NCBI GenBank assembly: GCA_040954595.2
Contig: CM082593.2
Coordinates: 6,727,579-6,791,578, forward strand
Origin: Balanoglossus misakiensis
Taxonomy: Eukaryota > Animalia > Hemichordata
Direction: 5' to 3'
Length of the DNA: 64,000 nucleotides
Every line of letters starts with the position of its first letter. Positions within the stretch are counted from its first letter, which is position 1. The notes beneath the pieces were generated by a model. It was not told the DNA's origin, did no database searches, and was given only the letters and a program-made list of their open reading frames with translations. The translations under genes and the position numbers were made by a program. Positions 24,944-37,700 of the stretch are shown in pieces.

Positions 24944-25103
24944 CTTTGTGCGGCTGCTTCTTCCTCAGCCAATTTTCTTGCACGCTCAAGTTGAATGTCG
25001 TCGATAAGTTGGTCGTACGGTTTGTCGTCTTTGTGATCTCCCATCACCCAGGTCCAAGGCTTACCATCTCGATCAAGACGAAACCCAACATTTTTCTTCT
25101 TTC
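24944..25103 (-). CDS. SH2D4A: SH2D4-like coding exon 2 (GKKKNVGFRLDRDGKPWTWVMGDHKDDKPYDQL...)
   Basis: W.WVMG...DKPYD is diagnostic of the SH2D4 N-terminal region; 160 nt, phase 1-2. Confidence 0.94.
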
Positions 25104-25380
25104 CTGGAAAGAAAAGAAATCACAGTTACACTTCTTAACAAACTGGTTTGAAACAACCGGCCGCGGTGATTGGATAATCTAAGTTTGTTAATTTCGGAAA
25201 CAATTCTGATTGGTTGAACTACACGTGAACAGCTGTTTGCAGAGTTTGATTCGGTGTACTGTGTATTTTATACTGTACTACCGAGGTTAGGGCAACAGGT
25301 GTATAATAAGACAGGATAAAAATAATTTTGGTGATGGAAAAAAATAATATATTGAATCACATGTGCAGCAACATTTTCAC

Positions 25381-25474
25381 TTAACCCTTTCACTACCATG
25401 GTTTGGTCCAATTCCATTGTTTTGTATGGTAAAGTTGGACCTCTACAGAGTCAAACATGGGTGGAAAGGGTTAA
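25381..25474. mobile_element. ~93-bp piggyBac-like MITE, family 1 copy 3
   Basis: Intact TTAA on both sides, CCCTTTC...GAAAGGG terminal inverted repeats, same core. Confidence 0.82.
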
Positions 25475-25524
25475 AGTGCCGTCAGTCATGACTTAATACC
25501 ACCACAAGACGATACCTCCAACTA

Positions 25525-25728
<204 letters not shown>

Positions 25729-28619
25729 TTATATACTCCAACTGTGTCATACAAACAAAATGGTAGAATCAATGTATTGAAACTGCTTGCACAAGAATTA
25801 TTGGCCTCACAAATTGACTACATTCTAATTTTCCTTACAGGTCAGGTGTTCTTGGATGGGTTTGTGTTACCTGTTGAAGTCAAGGCATGGAATTTTATAA
25901 TATTACTCTTCATCGCTTGGAAAATGTACTGCATAGATGATGGGATGATGAACTGAAAGCAGGTATGGATAGCCCCTCTAGCATCAAGAATTTTTGCACA
26001 AACACAAAACCTTGTGTTTGCTGTACAACTGTAAAACACACCTCATCTGCTGACTTTGTTCTCATTCGCCAATTGATAGTCATGTGGTGTGCGTTCTTTT
26101 TGTGCTGTTGCCCGCCGGGCATCAGTTCCGAAAAATGATGCTCGCTCACTTTATGTTCTTAAGCATGGCTGCCGATGAGGTGTGTTACAAAACACATATT
26201 GACTGGCCTTTCGATCGGGCAACAGCATATGTCTTTCACCCCTCAGGACACTTGAGTCACCCCCAAAATAGACTGTTTCACTCGGCCGTCAGCCTCGGGA
26301 AACAGTCTGTTGTTGTTTTTTGGGGGGAGGGGGTGACTCACAGTCCCTTGGGTTACAGACGTATGCTGTTGCCCTCATGGTCGGTCAATATGTGTATACA
26401 TGTACTGTGTGAGTGTATATTTATATATTTATCAGTGAAGTTATCATCAGAGTAATAGTCCACTAGAAGATCGCGTTGCAAACTGACATACCACTTACGG
26501 TAAGTCTTCAAATACTACACTAGATCCCAAGCTGTAGGTGTTTGCTATTCTTGCACAAACTCTGGCTCAGTCCAGGAATGAGGTCGGAACATTTGCAAGA
26601 TCAGTAACAGATGGCTGAATTCCCTTGCAATATCAAGGTGAAGTGGACTATTATGTCAAGTTAGATTACTCATTAATCGAACGGTGAATTTCATCAATTT
26701 ATCATTAACGGCAGTAACTGATAGCCTGCAGAACGTGATGTGTCACACACAACGGCATGTTGTTATTAGAACTTAAAGGGTGAGAACTTCGGTATAGCTG
26801 CATGTTTAGGTCATACTTGGTCACAAATGCCAGATGTGCAGGTGTCAAAACTCAAATATCACTGCTGTGTTTATGCAATACCTCCTACCTGAGCATTTCC
26901 TATTGTCTTCCTGGTTCAGGGGTTACAAACAACTGAGATTCGTCAGAGACATACATTAGGGTCAATGAAAAGGGTCTGCAGTATTTGACTGATCAGACGT
27001 GCGAAATATGCGGTCGAAAATATAAATTGGTGGAAAGGTTGATTGTGTGGAAATAATATTGATTATTCAATACCATTTCAGCCATGTATCTAAACCATTT
27101 GTTCCATTGTAATTTCTATTTTTAGCTGGGGTGAAATAACCCTGCTATATCAGTGCTATTTTCAGAATCAGGTATGTGTACCGCTAAAAGAGGAAGGTTT
27201 GGCTGTGTCCATTCGAAATACACACATAATAGGTGTAGGGTGGTATTGTATCTGGAAAGTCTGTAATCTTGGCATCATCAGAGATTGTTCCGTCCATACA
27301 GTGACACACTAGATTTACTAAATAACAATGAATGTTTTCAGTTGTAAGGAAAATATGATCTTATTTTCATGAGCAAATATTTTTGCCGATGTGATAATTA
27401 TGGAAGGTTGTTTTAACCTGAACCCACTGGAATATTGTAAAACACAGAAAGCTAACATATATTAAACACTAATTGGAATTTGAAAAAGGGAAGTATGTCA
27501 AATGGTATAATTACAGGGATGTAACAGTGTCTTTGTTCCTCTTTTTACATGGTTGGAATTCTCAAATAAGCACATATAAATGTACACTGTATAAACACCA
27601 AACTATTAATCGAACAAAGATATTATTTCTGAACATACACAATAGTTTTATACACTACCAAACTGCACTGCATAGTATATCATTGGAATTTAAGTGGTCT
27701 GATTCTGAGTCATATCTTCCAGAGAAGTCAGAATATCTAAAGAAAAAATAAGTTAGAAACTTGTAATTTAGAGCCAAGGAACTTGTTTGACCTAATCGCA
27801 CCATAACATGGAACTGGTTTCCCAAACGCTTGACACCAAAACACCCCAACTAAAAACTTGTTTGTTTCCACACACAGATGAAAATGATGAATCAGGCCCT
27901 GAAATTATCTCTGTAAACACAGAGCTGTGTAAAACAACCACATTGGTTTGTTTTCATCTTACTTCTATTTGATCAACGACCTGTGCTGTGATATATTGGA
28001 CAGTTTAATCAATATCGTTGATGACTTCATAATCAGTGAAATGCATTTCTGTTGACAGAACATCCATATCTAATTGACTAAGTCATCATCATCATTCCAA
28101 CCCATTTAAGTGTCAAATGGAAAAATTAATGTTGCGTGTTTAAGGAGTGTCTGCATAGTACATTGCTAGTATATTACTAGCATATGAAATAAAATAAATA
28201 TATTATTTCACCTCTTATATAATTGACAATTTTATAGTTTCTTTCACATTATTTTTTTTCCATTATTTAATTTTTACTTTTTATTATCATTTTGATGTCA
28301 TTTTTGCTCTATTTTTAATAATATTCTTCAATTTTTGTTGTTATTTTTATATAATACATTGTACTTGTCTCTACTGAACTCCATCACCAGGACTGTGTTT
28401 AAACAACAACCAGTGATGGTACACGTCATTATCTGTAATGAGATGGTAGCTTTTGTCTATCACAGTGACTTTTGACCTTGTGGCCACAATGCTACTTGAT
28501 GAATGAAAAGGGTACCACCATGCGCCATTATGGCACGTATGTGATTGACATTTCAAAACCTGCACAACTGATATAGCTACTACTACAGCGACCCAAGCAG
28601 GTTGGAAAATTGCAGAAAA

Positions 28620-28815
28620 TACTGTCAAATTTGTCTATAGCAGCCAGTCAACGGAATTTTGGAAACTGGCCTTTACATACTCTGGTGGGCCTTCACATAC
28701 TGGTGGGCATTATAGTCAAGTCAATGTAAATTGCATAGGGACAGCCCGGACTGTAACAAAGTGGCCAACTATAGGGGTGCCCAATAACATGTACAGTATT
28801 TCGAGTTTGACTGTA
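28620..28815. mobile_element. Degenerate TA-flanked MITE
   Basis: TACTGTCAAATTTG...CGAGTTTGACTGTA imperfect terminal inverted repeats; internal tctggtgggc/actggtgggc duplication. Confidence 0.45.
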
Positions 28816-30049
28816 CTCTATAGGTAGCAGCATGTAAAAATCATCTCAATAGGTGGCAATGACAACAACCTCCTGTCAAAGCACGATAAGAATTTACAAG
28901 ACATTGGTTACATTGTGTTCATGGGGGTACTCCAGATTCCTGCTTGGCGGACAATTTCAGAGGACCTTGAGAATTTATCCCTCAGGGATCAGCCACCAGC
29001 CTCCATGTTTGATACAGACCTCATGGGATTGATTAATTAATAGGCAAATTATGTAAGCAATTAATTAATGTCTGTTTTGCTAGACAGATTTCACATCTGG
29101 CTAATTGACTCCCAGTACAATCACTGTATACCAGTAATCTCTTGTGACCCTCTGTCCACCTTGGATAATTCACACTTAGCAGTTTTTGGTTCCATTGAAA
29201 TTCATAATTGGCTCTTACATGTAATTAAATTGTCAGTTTCTGTTTCACCAGAGAAACTGTGATCCATTTGAAGTAATGATGCTAACCACAGTGATTCACA
29301 GTTTTATCCTGCATGGTTCAAGTCCAAGTGTTAAGCGTAAATATTTGTTGGTCCACCTCAACTTTGGAGACACTTTACCTTCACCCCTCTTTACTTCCTG
29401 ATCAGGTTAACTTTTCATTTGCCAAATTTTCACTAAATCAGTTCGGGGATCGGCAAAATATCCAGGTGTTTCAGAGCTGTTATGTCAATTTCACTGTCAA
29501 ATTACTTGAAATGTACACACTGCTCTTTCACAAGTCTCTAATAGATTGTGGCTCAGTTACTGTACAGTACACCCTAAAAGTTTGAGACCCTGAAAACTAT
29601 TGTTCATTTAATGCCCATGTTTGTATGATACAAGCTAAACTACATTATCAAGTAAACAGGATGTGTATGGAAATATCTCCTATAGGAATATCAAAGAGAG
29701 TATTATAACTATATATATTTATGGTTTTGACAATGGAGGTACTACATACATGTACCATTACCATATCTTTCTAATCATGTTAAATATTTCTATTATGTGT
29801 TTAAATGTATCGGTGTGTGTTTGAGCAAACAGACTTATTGCACATTGTGAGTGCGACTAGTTCTAACTTCACACCTTCGACAGCAACTGTTCGAAACTTT
29901 TCATTAAAATATCAAATTAGCTCCTGATATTACATATGACATTACATGAATTTCGTACCAATTGGAAGTCATAATCGAGTCCCAGTTTTTTTTAAAAGAT
30001 CACCTAGTACTCTCAAACAATATATGAGATTTGCACACGCAGTTTTTAT

Positions 30050-30740
30050 GTGCTGTTTACGTCGTGGACTTTAAAGTCCGAGGTCAGCGGAATCACGGCC
30101 AGACATACACATCCACAATGCGTACCGCGATCGCTTCCTGCTCCCGGGGTGGCGAAGAAGAAATTTATAGCTTCTGGTCCCGGGGCCGGGGGGAAACCTT
30201 ACAAAAGTTCTGTTGGTTTGACAGCTCTAGAAAATAAGAAGCCAAACGGCATACTAAATAGTTATATGTGTTTTATGACTTTACACCCATTAACACATTC
30301 GTGGTGGAGATCGTCCGACCACTCCTTAAATCGCGGAAGCATGTATGATCGACCACGTATATTATACTGACCTACGTAACTCAACTGTGTCTATTCCGTT
30401 AATGGGCGTCTTTCGTTACCATCAAAGTTGTCGCTTTCACGCCGTGTTTTAGTTCCCCGGTAGTTGTCCGTTACATACTGTGTAAGATCGCCTTCAGTTC
30501 CACTCAAAAGCAGGTCCACACGCGGTGGAAAGTTCTTCTCTGTTTCTCTGCAAAGCGAAAATTATTCATACACGTCTGTGTCTCCAAGTCAGCGTGACTG
30601 CTCGGCGCATAATCATTTCCTCCCCGTGTCTAGTGATTTTACTTCCGTCAATCGCCAGGCCCCTTGTCAACACAAACTCGTTCATAGCGCCCTCGTTTGG
30701 CAAGAAAGCAAGATTCTGCGAATTTCGTTTACGTTCAACT
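30050..30740 (-). promoter_or_regulatory. CpG-rich probable SH2D4 promoter and non-coding first exon
   Basis: Local CpG enrichment; minus-strand donor TAG|GTCAGT at 30372/30371; the coding exon needs an upstream UTR exon. Confidence 0.5.
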
Positions 30741-31959
30741 TGAAGCTTATGTCACAGTCTGTCAATTTGTCATGATTATAAGCAATTATAACAGATCAAA
30801 AAAATAATAAACAACAGACAATCTTAAGGGAAAAAATGACAGTAAACAACCATGACAATTGATCTATTGACATTATGGATAAAATACTGGACACTAGGTC
30901 AGTTTGGGGGTGAAAAGGACCTAAATAAATGAGATTTCTGTAACCTCAGTGACATTTAGAGTACTTCTCATAGTAAAGTATGTTATATAATTGGTTCCAT
31001 GTGTCTAATTGACTATAGAGAATGTGGTAAATGATTATTTGTTTGTTATAATGCTAACATTATAATCAAATGTTACAATCAGTGCAGTAATGTCAGAATC
31101 TGAATGTACTTCTGATTGCGTTTTTTGTCATGCTTTAGAAAATAGCGTAGGATTTCCTCTCTTTTGTAAATCTGATCTGCTTTATATGTACTTATTCAAA
31201 AATGTAATAATTGTGTTTGAAATATTCATTGATTGAGTTTAGCTGCTGAAACAGACCAAAGAATTTTGACTGATACTTGTACATTTCCATTTTCATTAAT
31301 GTGCAGCATGGCTGGTATATTTGAAAATTACTATCACATCCCTGTTTAATCACAATTCACTGTATTGAATTTCAGATAATTTTTTTTGTCTCCAGATAAA
31401 TTTTATCATGCATTGTTGGTGTTCTTGTCAGATTAATCCATTTTTTTCTCCGAGGAAGGGGACAGAAATATACAAGTTCTGGGTCAACACTGTTTTCAGC
31501 ATTAGTATGCCCTCTATGGTAATATTTATCATTCCCTGGGCCACAAACACGTTTACATAGGTCAATGTCGAACATGTACAGTTCTAGTACGAGCAGAGGT
31601 CTATTGAATAAGACTAAATGTATAATTGTTAGAATGTATTAAAAACTGGACGTAAACTATTTGCGTTCGCACAAATTTTATGTACAGTATGTCCGTCGGT
31701 GCAGCCATATCACACTCCATGCAACGGTGCGTTTGTATACCGACATGAGTTTATCAAAGTTCTTATGATGGGAAGCATAAATATATTTTAAAATAGATGG
31801 TTGTTAACTGTTTTGCATACATATAACAAATTCAATGTGGACTTGCAATTCATCATAATGCAATATGAACGTCCCTTCGGTTAGGAACCCTTCTCCTCCC
31901 TCTAAGATTATGGTACATCCATGAGGGCAATCCCACTTCACATGCTTTACCGTTACGTT

Positions 31960-32720
31960 GATAATCGTGGCCCATATCATTTTGTGGAGTTTGTGGCAGT
32001 GGGATCGGCGGTTTTTAGTCGGATTGGAGGTTGTTTCGGTTAAGAACTGTCTGTAGAGACACTGCATCACCATGCCGATGCGCTGAGGAATCGTAACTCC
32101 TTAAATGGTCGAAGTTTAAGGGAGTTTGGGCGGTGTATTTATAAAGTCGTACGTGTGGAGGTATGTCAATTTCGTCGGCAAGCCTAGTAGTACGTACACT
32201 GGCTGGCGTATCTCGTTGCCGACTACGTCTGTGTTGACTGAAGTTGACTTGATCGGCTGTAACATATAAAATATTTGCTCGAGTTGTATGGCATTGTCGT
32301 CTGCTCAACCGTGAAGGGATTTCGCTACACACGCCGCTGAAGCCTGCAGTTGTTGGACGCTGGTCTCTGTCCGTGCGCAGGTGGTGCTTACGTGTGTATT
32401 GTCGCGGTGTGAATGGACATATACATCGGGCGTGAGACTGGTTGATGGGAGTGTCGATTGCAGGAGCTCCCCCCGAAACCCAATGTCACTGGGTCCGCGA
32501 CAAAACGCCTATTTTCTGTAGCCGCGTCGCTGTCATTCAGTCGGTGTATATTCTGTCGGCTTTGTGATTCAGATCATCTTTTCACTATTCTTGACTCTAT
32601 TTTGGAACTGTCTTTGTCATCAAGCTGGATCGTAGCCGGCCTGTAGGGTCGCAACTGGGCCGTGCGTTGTCGGCCAGACAAACACTGCACTACCTGCAAC
32701 AGCGACGCGTGTCGTCGACG
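31960..32720 (+). promoter_or_regulatory. CpG-rich PDE promoter and 5' UTR
   Basis: Dense CpGs, TATA-like tatttataaag near 32136, directly upstream of the ATG at 32721. Confidence 0.6.
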
Positions 32721-33473
32721 ATGGCATCAGCTTCCCAGACCGAAGCTCAGGCAGTCACCGCTGCTGCCAGCGACGATCTCTCGTCCGCGATGATGACTGA
32801 GGAAGATCGCCGAGAATTCGCACGCATGGAACAGTGGCTCGATGAACACACTCAGTTCACGCACGATTATTTCGCACGCAAAGCGACCAGGTCCATGATA
32901 GATGGGTGGTTCATCGCCAGGGCGGTTAGCTCTCAAGTTTACGAGGCGACCGCGGGAGCCAGGAACTCAACCCCGACCAGCAGCGGATCGAGGCACAGTT
33001 CGGGTGCCAACACGCCCGTTCGGAAAGTGTCAGCATCTGAGTTTGAAGGAAGGGGGAATCTCGGCCCGATGATACAGACTGTTGACGGATTGCCAACATT
33101 TCTACGGGAAAAGCCCCCTTCCCCAAACTCCAGACCTCGCAGAACAATCTTAGAATTACAGCAACTGGATGATCGAGAGGCTCTGTTCGAACTTGTCAAA
33201 GACATTGCCAATGACTTGGACCTCACAAGCCTGTGCCATAAAATATTACAAAACGTTAGTATCTTGGTCAAGGCAGACCGCTGCTCGTTGTTTTTAGTCC
33301 ACGGCGAGAAGGGTAGCGACGATTGCTATTTGGCCAGTAAGTTATTTGATGTGAGATGCGACTCGACCGTGGAAGAATCTCTGCAGGAAGAGATCCGTGT
33401 GCCGTGGGGCAAGGGCATCGTTGGTTACGTAGCAAAGACCGGTGAAACGGTAAACATCGCCGATGCATATGAG
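32721..33473 (+). CDS. PDE5A: GAF-domain cyclic-nucleotide phosphodiesterase (PDE5/PDE11 group, PDE5A-like), first coding exon
   Basis: acgATGg start. WLDEH..FT..YF.RKATR.M...WF and TPVRKVSASEFE match the PDE5A N-terminus. ELVKDIANDLDLTSLCHKIL...ADRCSLFLV...VPWGKGIVGYVA..GETVNIADAYE is GAF-A. Donor GAG|gtaaaa; 251 codons. PDE5 versus PDE11 needs a tree. Confidence 0.9.
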
Positions 33474-34573
33474 GTAAAATTTCCCCTTTCGGGTTTCTGG
33501 TTTCACTTCGCTTCGTAGTTGCAGTAGTTTTGCCAGATGTGAAAAAAAATCGCAACGGGTACAGCCTGTCCTGTTATATTTGTGTGCGCTTTTAAATTGC
33601 AAGATTATAGTGCAGTTGGAACTGTCCTACTTATTAAGTCATAAAAAAGTAATAACGTAATGATGGGGGTGAACTGGTTACCTGAGCAAGGTTGGTTTGA
33701 AGTTGGCCCGTTCGTGTGACCTACTTAAATCGTGAACGACATTTGATCCCGCCGAATGGCCACTAACACCGCGGTTCGAAGGAAAACAAGAAGAGTTTTA
33801 AAATCAAGTAGTTGTAGTGACTGCAATCGTGATCCATTTCTTGTGCTATGCGTGTGTGTCTATTTCTCTCCCTTTCTCTCCCCCCCCTCTCTCTCTATCA
33901 CCTAAATCAGCTAGGGGTTAAAACAATTCAGGCTTCTACATTTTAAAGTAACTGTCCTATGGCTTAATTCGCACATATGGTATAATTAGCCACACACCAA
34001 CAAGCAGGTATTATGGTATTTATAGAACAATAAGAACACATATCCCTTGTCATAACAAAGGGAGGGCTTCTGATTGTGTTATAACAACAGATTAAGAAGC
34101 CATTGTCTGCTTTGGAAGATGTTTTTTATCCCCGGTTTTCACCAGTGGCAGTGTTGCCCAGGTGATCAGGCAAATTTTTTTTTAAGCAAAGGGATTTTCC
34201 GATAATGAAAGATGCCTCCTCGCATCGGTAGGTTGTGCATTCACCCCTTTCCACATCATGTCGTACCCTACACTCCAAGTTTGGCCTAGATTCAAAACTG
34301 ACTGTAGCATGACAAACAGCAGTGATGATTTATGGGTACTGGTTGCAGCATAGAGTAAAAAAAACACGCACACCTTCCTGGCAAGCCCAGCTTTGTGGGC
34401 AGTGTTTGTTGAAATTTGGTTTTATGCTTGGTGACACGTTGGCACTGAGCTTGTGTGAGAAAATGCCAGAAATGACCGGAGCTTGCAACCCAAATGGACA
34501 ATGATCCGATGAACACTTACAGGCTCTCTTCTCAATCTCTGGGTCTTCCATTAGAGGATATGTGAATTAGTCA

Positions 34574-34765
34574 TTAAAGGTACACGGTCACTTATACATA
34601 TTTAGCCACAGTTACCATGGGAATTTGAGATCTGGCCAATCAGATTTTTCCAAGGTGGCCAATGAAAAAAGTGCGCCACTAAACAGTCATTAGAAGACTT
34701 GGACATGTCCTTTTAACCATATATGGGCATATGTAAATTTAATAAAGTGACATCTAGCATTTTAA
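34574..34765. mobile_element. TTAA-flanked (Kolobok-like) MITE, family 2 copy 1
   Basis: TTAAAGGTACACGGTCAC... is homologous over ~110 nt to the reverse complement of 45160-45270; right end degenerate. Confidence 0.65.
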
Positions 34766-37700
34766 TAACATGCCACAGTCAAGATAAAATCTTACAGTAG
34801 CATAGTAGTATTGCTCAGATAGTATCAATCATGTTTGTTTAAAGCCCCCACTTAATTATCAGAATTATCTGATAAGAAATTTATTAACTAGATAATCATT
34901 TCAGTGCAGAACAAAGGATTGACAATCTGTTAACGAGCTCTTCATACATCCACTAATGGGATTGCGAAGGGCTGCTTAAATTAAATTGATTAGAGAAAGG
35001 CACAGTTGCTGATTGGAAATTGCGAATCCTGCGAATGTTGTTTTATTCTGCATATTGCCTAAGAATTACTCTGTGATATCAAAAAATGGTTTAAAAGATT
35101 GGAGATGACAGGTTAGAAATGAAAATGGGGCCACGGGCAGTGGATTTGGGTGTGGGGAGGGCATAGCTGTAGGCTCTATTAATTGATTTGGAATTGGCGT
35201 CCCTATGTGTTAACTCAAGCCGTCTCTTGTGACAGTTATTGATCGGGCGAAAAGGTGAAGATGACGTGCTTTTTTTCATCTGTGCGTGCCATGGCTGCGG
35301 TGGACTCTGTACCTGTGGGCAAAGACACACACCGGATGATAAATGGCGGGTCATTTGCATGCGTGAAACACCTGTCTTTTTAGTTTCGCCCCCCGAGGGA
35401 CGCTGCTGTCAAAGTCGTGCCACTTTCAAATGTGACCGCAGCGGCCGGCCGAGCACGCGTTCTCCATTTACGTGTCTCGCCGAGTTTTTTTTTTTGAAAA
35501 AAATTTGCGGTTAAGTGTCTGTCCGTCTGGGGTCAGAGTTCACATTACAGTACTCTCCGAAGGAGTACAAACCCCATCAGGGTTCAAGAAGTGATGTTTG
35601 TCTTTTTTCACAGCGCAGTCTGTGTTTGTCTAACGTTCGCCGTTTTGTCTAGCGTTCGCCGGGGATTACAGCGTCTCAAAGAAATAAACAGGAGAGTGCC
35701 AGACAGACAGGATGATTGCAAGAGGCTTAAACTTTAACCTGTGATACTGACTGGGGCGTTGCTTTTGTGTTGATATGTGACTGGTTTGTCCAATTGTGTT
35801 GTGGCGGCGTGATTTCAATACTACATGTTTTTTTTTTTTGTATGCCAGGGCAGATTGGTATGTGTTGGTGAAAACAGATGTTCATGGCAGAACAAAATAG
35901 ACATATCTCTTCTACTGCTGTTGAGGAATGCTTGTAATTTTACATTTTTCACTCTCCTACCTTCAAAAGGAAATTAAATTTTATATCTTTAGTGTAGTCA
36001 TTGAATTAGTATGAACTCCAGTTGTGGACCAGCTTATCAGTGCATTTATATTGGGAGATTAATATTGTGCATGTTATGTCAGACTGTTTCAATATCAACC
36101 AAGCAATTTACAACTTGAATAAATTGGTATATTTAATTAAGTTACCCTATCAAAATAAAGGTGAATATCATATGAACTTTGCTGTGTGTATGTCAATATA
36201 CACTGAAGTTATGTGGAGAAATGTGTGAAATTAGTACAGAAATTAAGATGATTGTACTTTATGTGCTAGAGTCAGCATCTTGTCACAATGCAGTATACAT
36301 TACCCAGTGGTGTGTTGCTTTAATCACCTACAGCCTGCAGAAACTATTTGCCCTCAATTATCAGATAAACTCTATATTCATGAAGTTTGTCATATCACTG
36401 TGTGTAATATGGGGTTCCATAAAGTATAATTTATGGGCGGCTGGGAGACCCAAGATTGATCCACAAAGCAGAACTTTTTGAAAATACTTCAGAGGGTCTG
36501 AAAATAGTGCATACTGGCTGCAGTATTAAAAATCCTCAAAACAGCTGCATTTTGTACTAAATCAAATTTGTCGCTTTTACGGAACATATAAAGTTGACAG
36601 AAAGTAAATTTTGCTTGAGTAAACTCCTCTCTGTAACAGCTGCAGAATTTATAGGATGTTAGGATTATGGAAGTAAGTCATACTTGCAACCAGTATGACA
36701 ATGTAGTGTATTGTATGGCAAAAAAGCAGAATTGGTCTTCAATAATGTTTTTATTTCTTTATCAAAGTGAAAATCAGGGTAATAGCTTGTCCTTCAGAGA
36801 CAAAAAAGCCTTAAATGTGAGCTTCACAAAAAAAGAATGATAAAAGTGATTCTTATTCCAGGTTGGGTGGTTGTTCAATTTTTGTGTGTGAAAAACAGTT
36901 ACTTTAGTACCTTGGGTTAAAGTTGTACAGCAAGTGAATTGCAGAGATGTTTTGTTTGCCTTTAAATAATTGACCGATTTACCAACGTGTTTGAAATATC
37001 CAGGCCTTGTAAGCCTCCGGAAAGAGTAACTTTTTTACAGCCAGTGTTTATCATCCTTCAACTTCCAGGTGTTCCAATCCCAAAGTTTTATGAGCATGCT
37101 TTTACTTGAGTCACTACCGACAGTGCCTATGTTTATTTTTGACCACCAAGTTGTAGACTGGAATTCCCCATGTATTACAGCTGGGGTCACGATTTTTGTT
37201 TGAGATCTATGGATAGAAGTAAAATGTGTGTTTTCATTGCCAAGCGCAGTTAGCACAGTTAATGCTCTGTTGATGGGTTGTTCGCGTATGTTTGTTAAGT
37301 GCAACTGAAGGACGACTGTCATTGAAATCATGCCTGTGTTACTTTTCGTACACAAATATACATATAGCATTGCCGTTGCAATGTTTAAAAGGCAGACATT
37401 CTCTTTCCCATATATTGGTTGTACAGATCTCATTATAACATTCTAGCATATGATTTGTGAACCCATGGTGATTTTCTTGCTACCCACTAAAATGCATTGG
37501 TATCTACCAATGGGAACCCTGATAAAATGACTTGGAAACCCTGGTAACATTTACCAATTACTGCCGTACCATCATTAACAAAAAAACATATATTGGTTGT
37601 ACGCATATGAAATAATGAAGCACAATATCGATGTTGGTTTCTTTGAAATGCATTAAAAGAACATAAATTTGCTGTGTTTCTTGTTCCTACTTTCATGTTC

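Noticed and set aside
28170-28370. Extremely AT/T-rich tract
   Set aside because: Low complexity with no periodicity or termini.
32667-32720. N-terminal extension of the PDE ORF from a TTG
   Set aside because: The first ATG (32721) has a strong context; the extension, and the tail after the 33473 donor, are ORF-caller artefacts.
32727-33602. Several minus-strand ORFs over the PDE exon
   Set aside because: Antisense shadows of a GC-richer coding exon.
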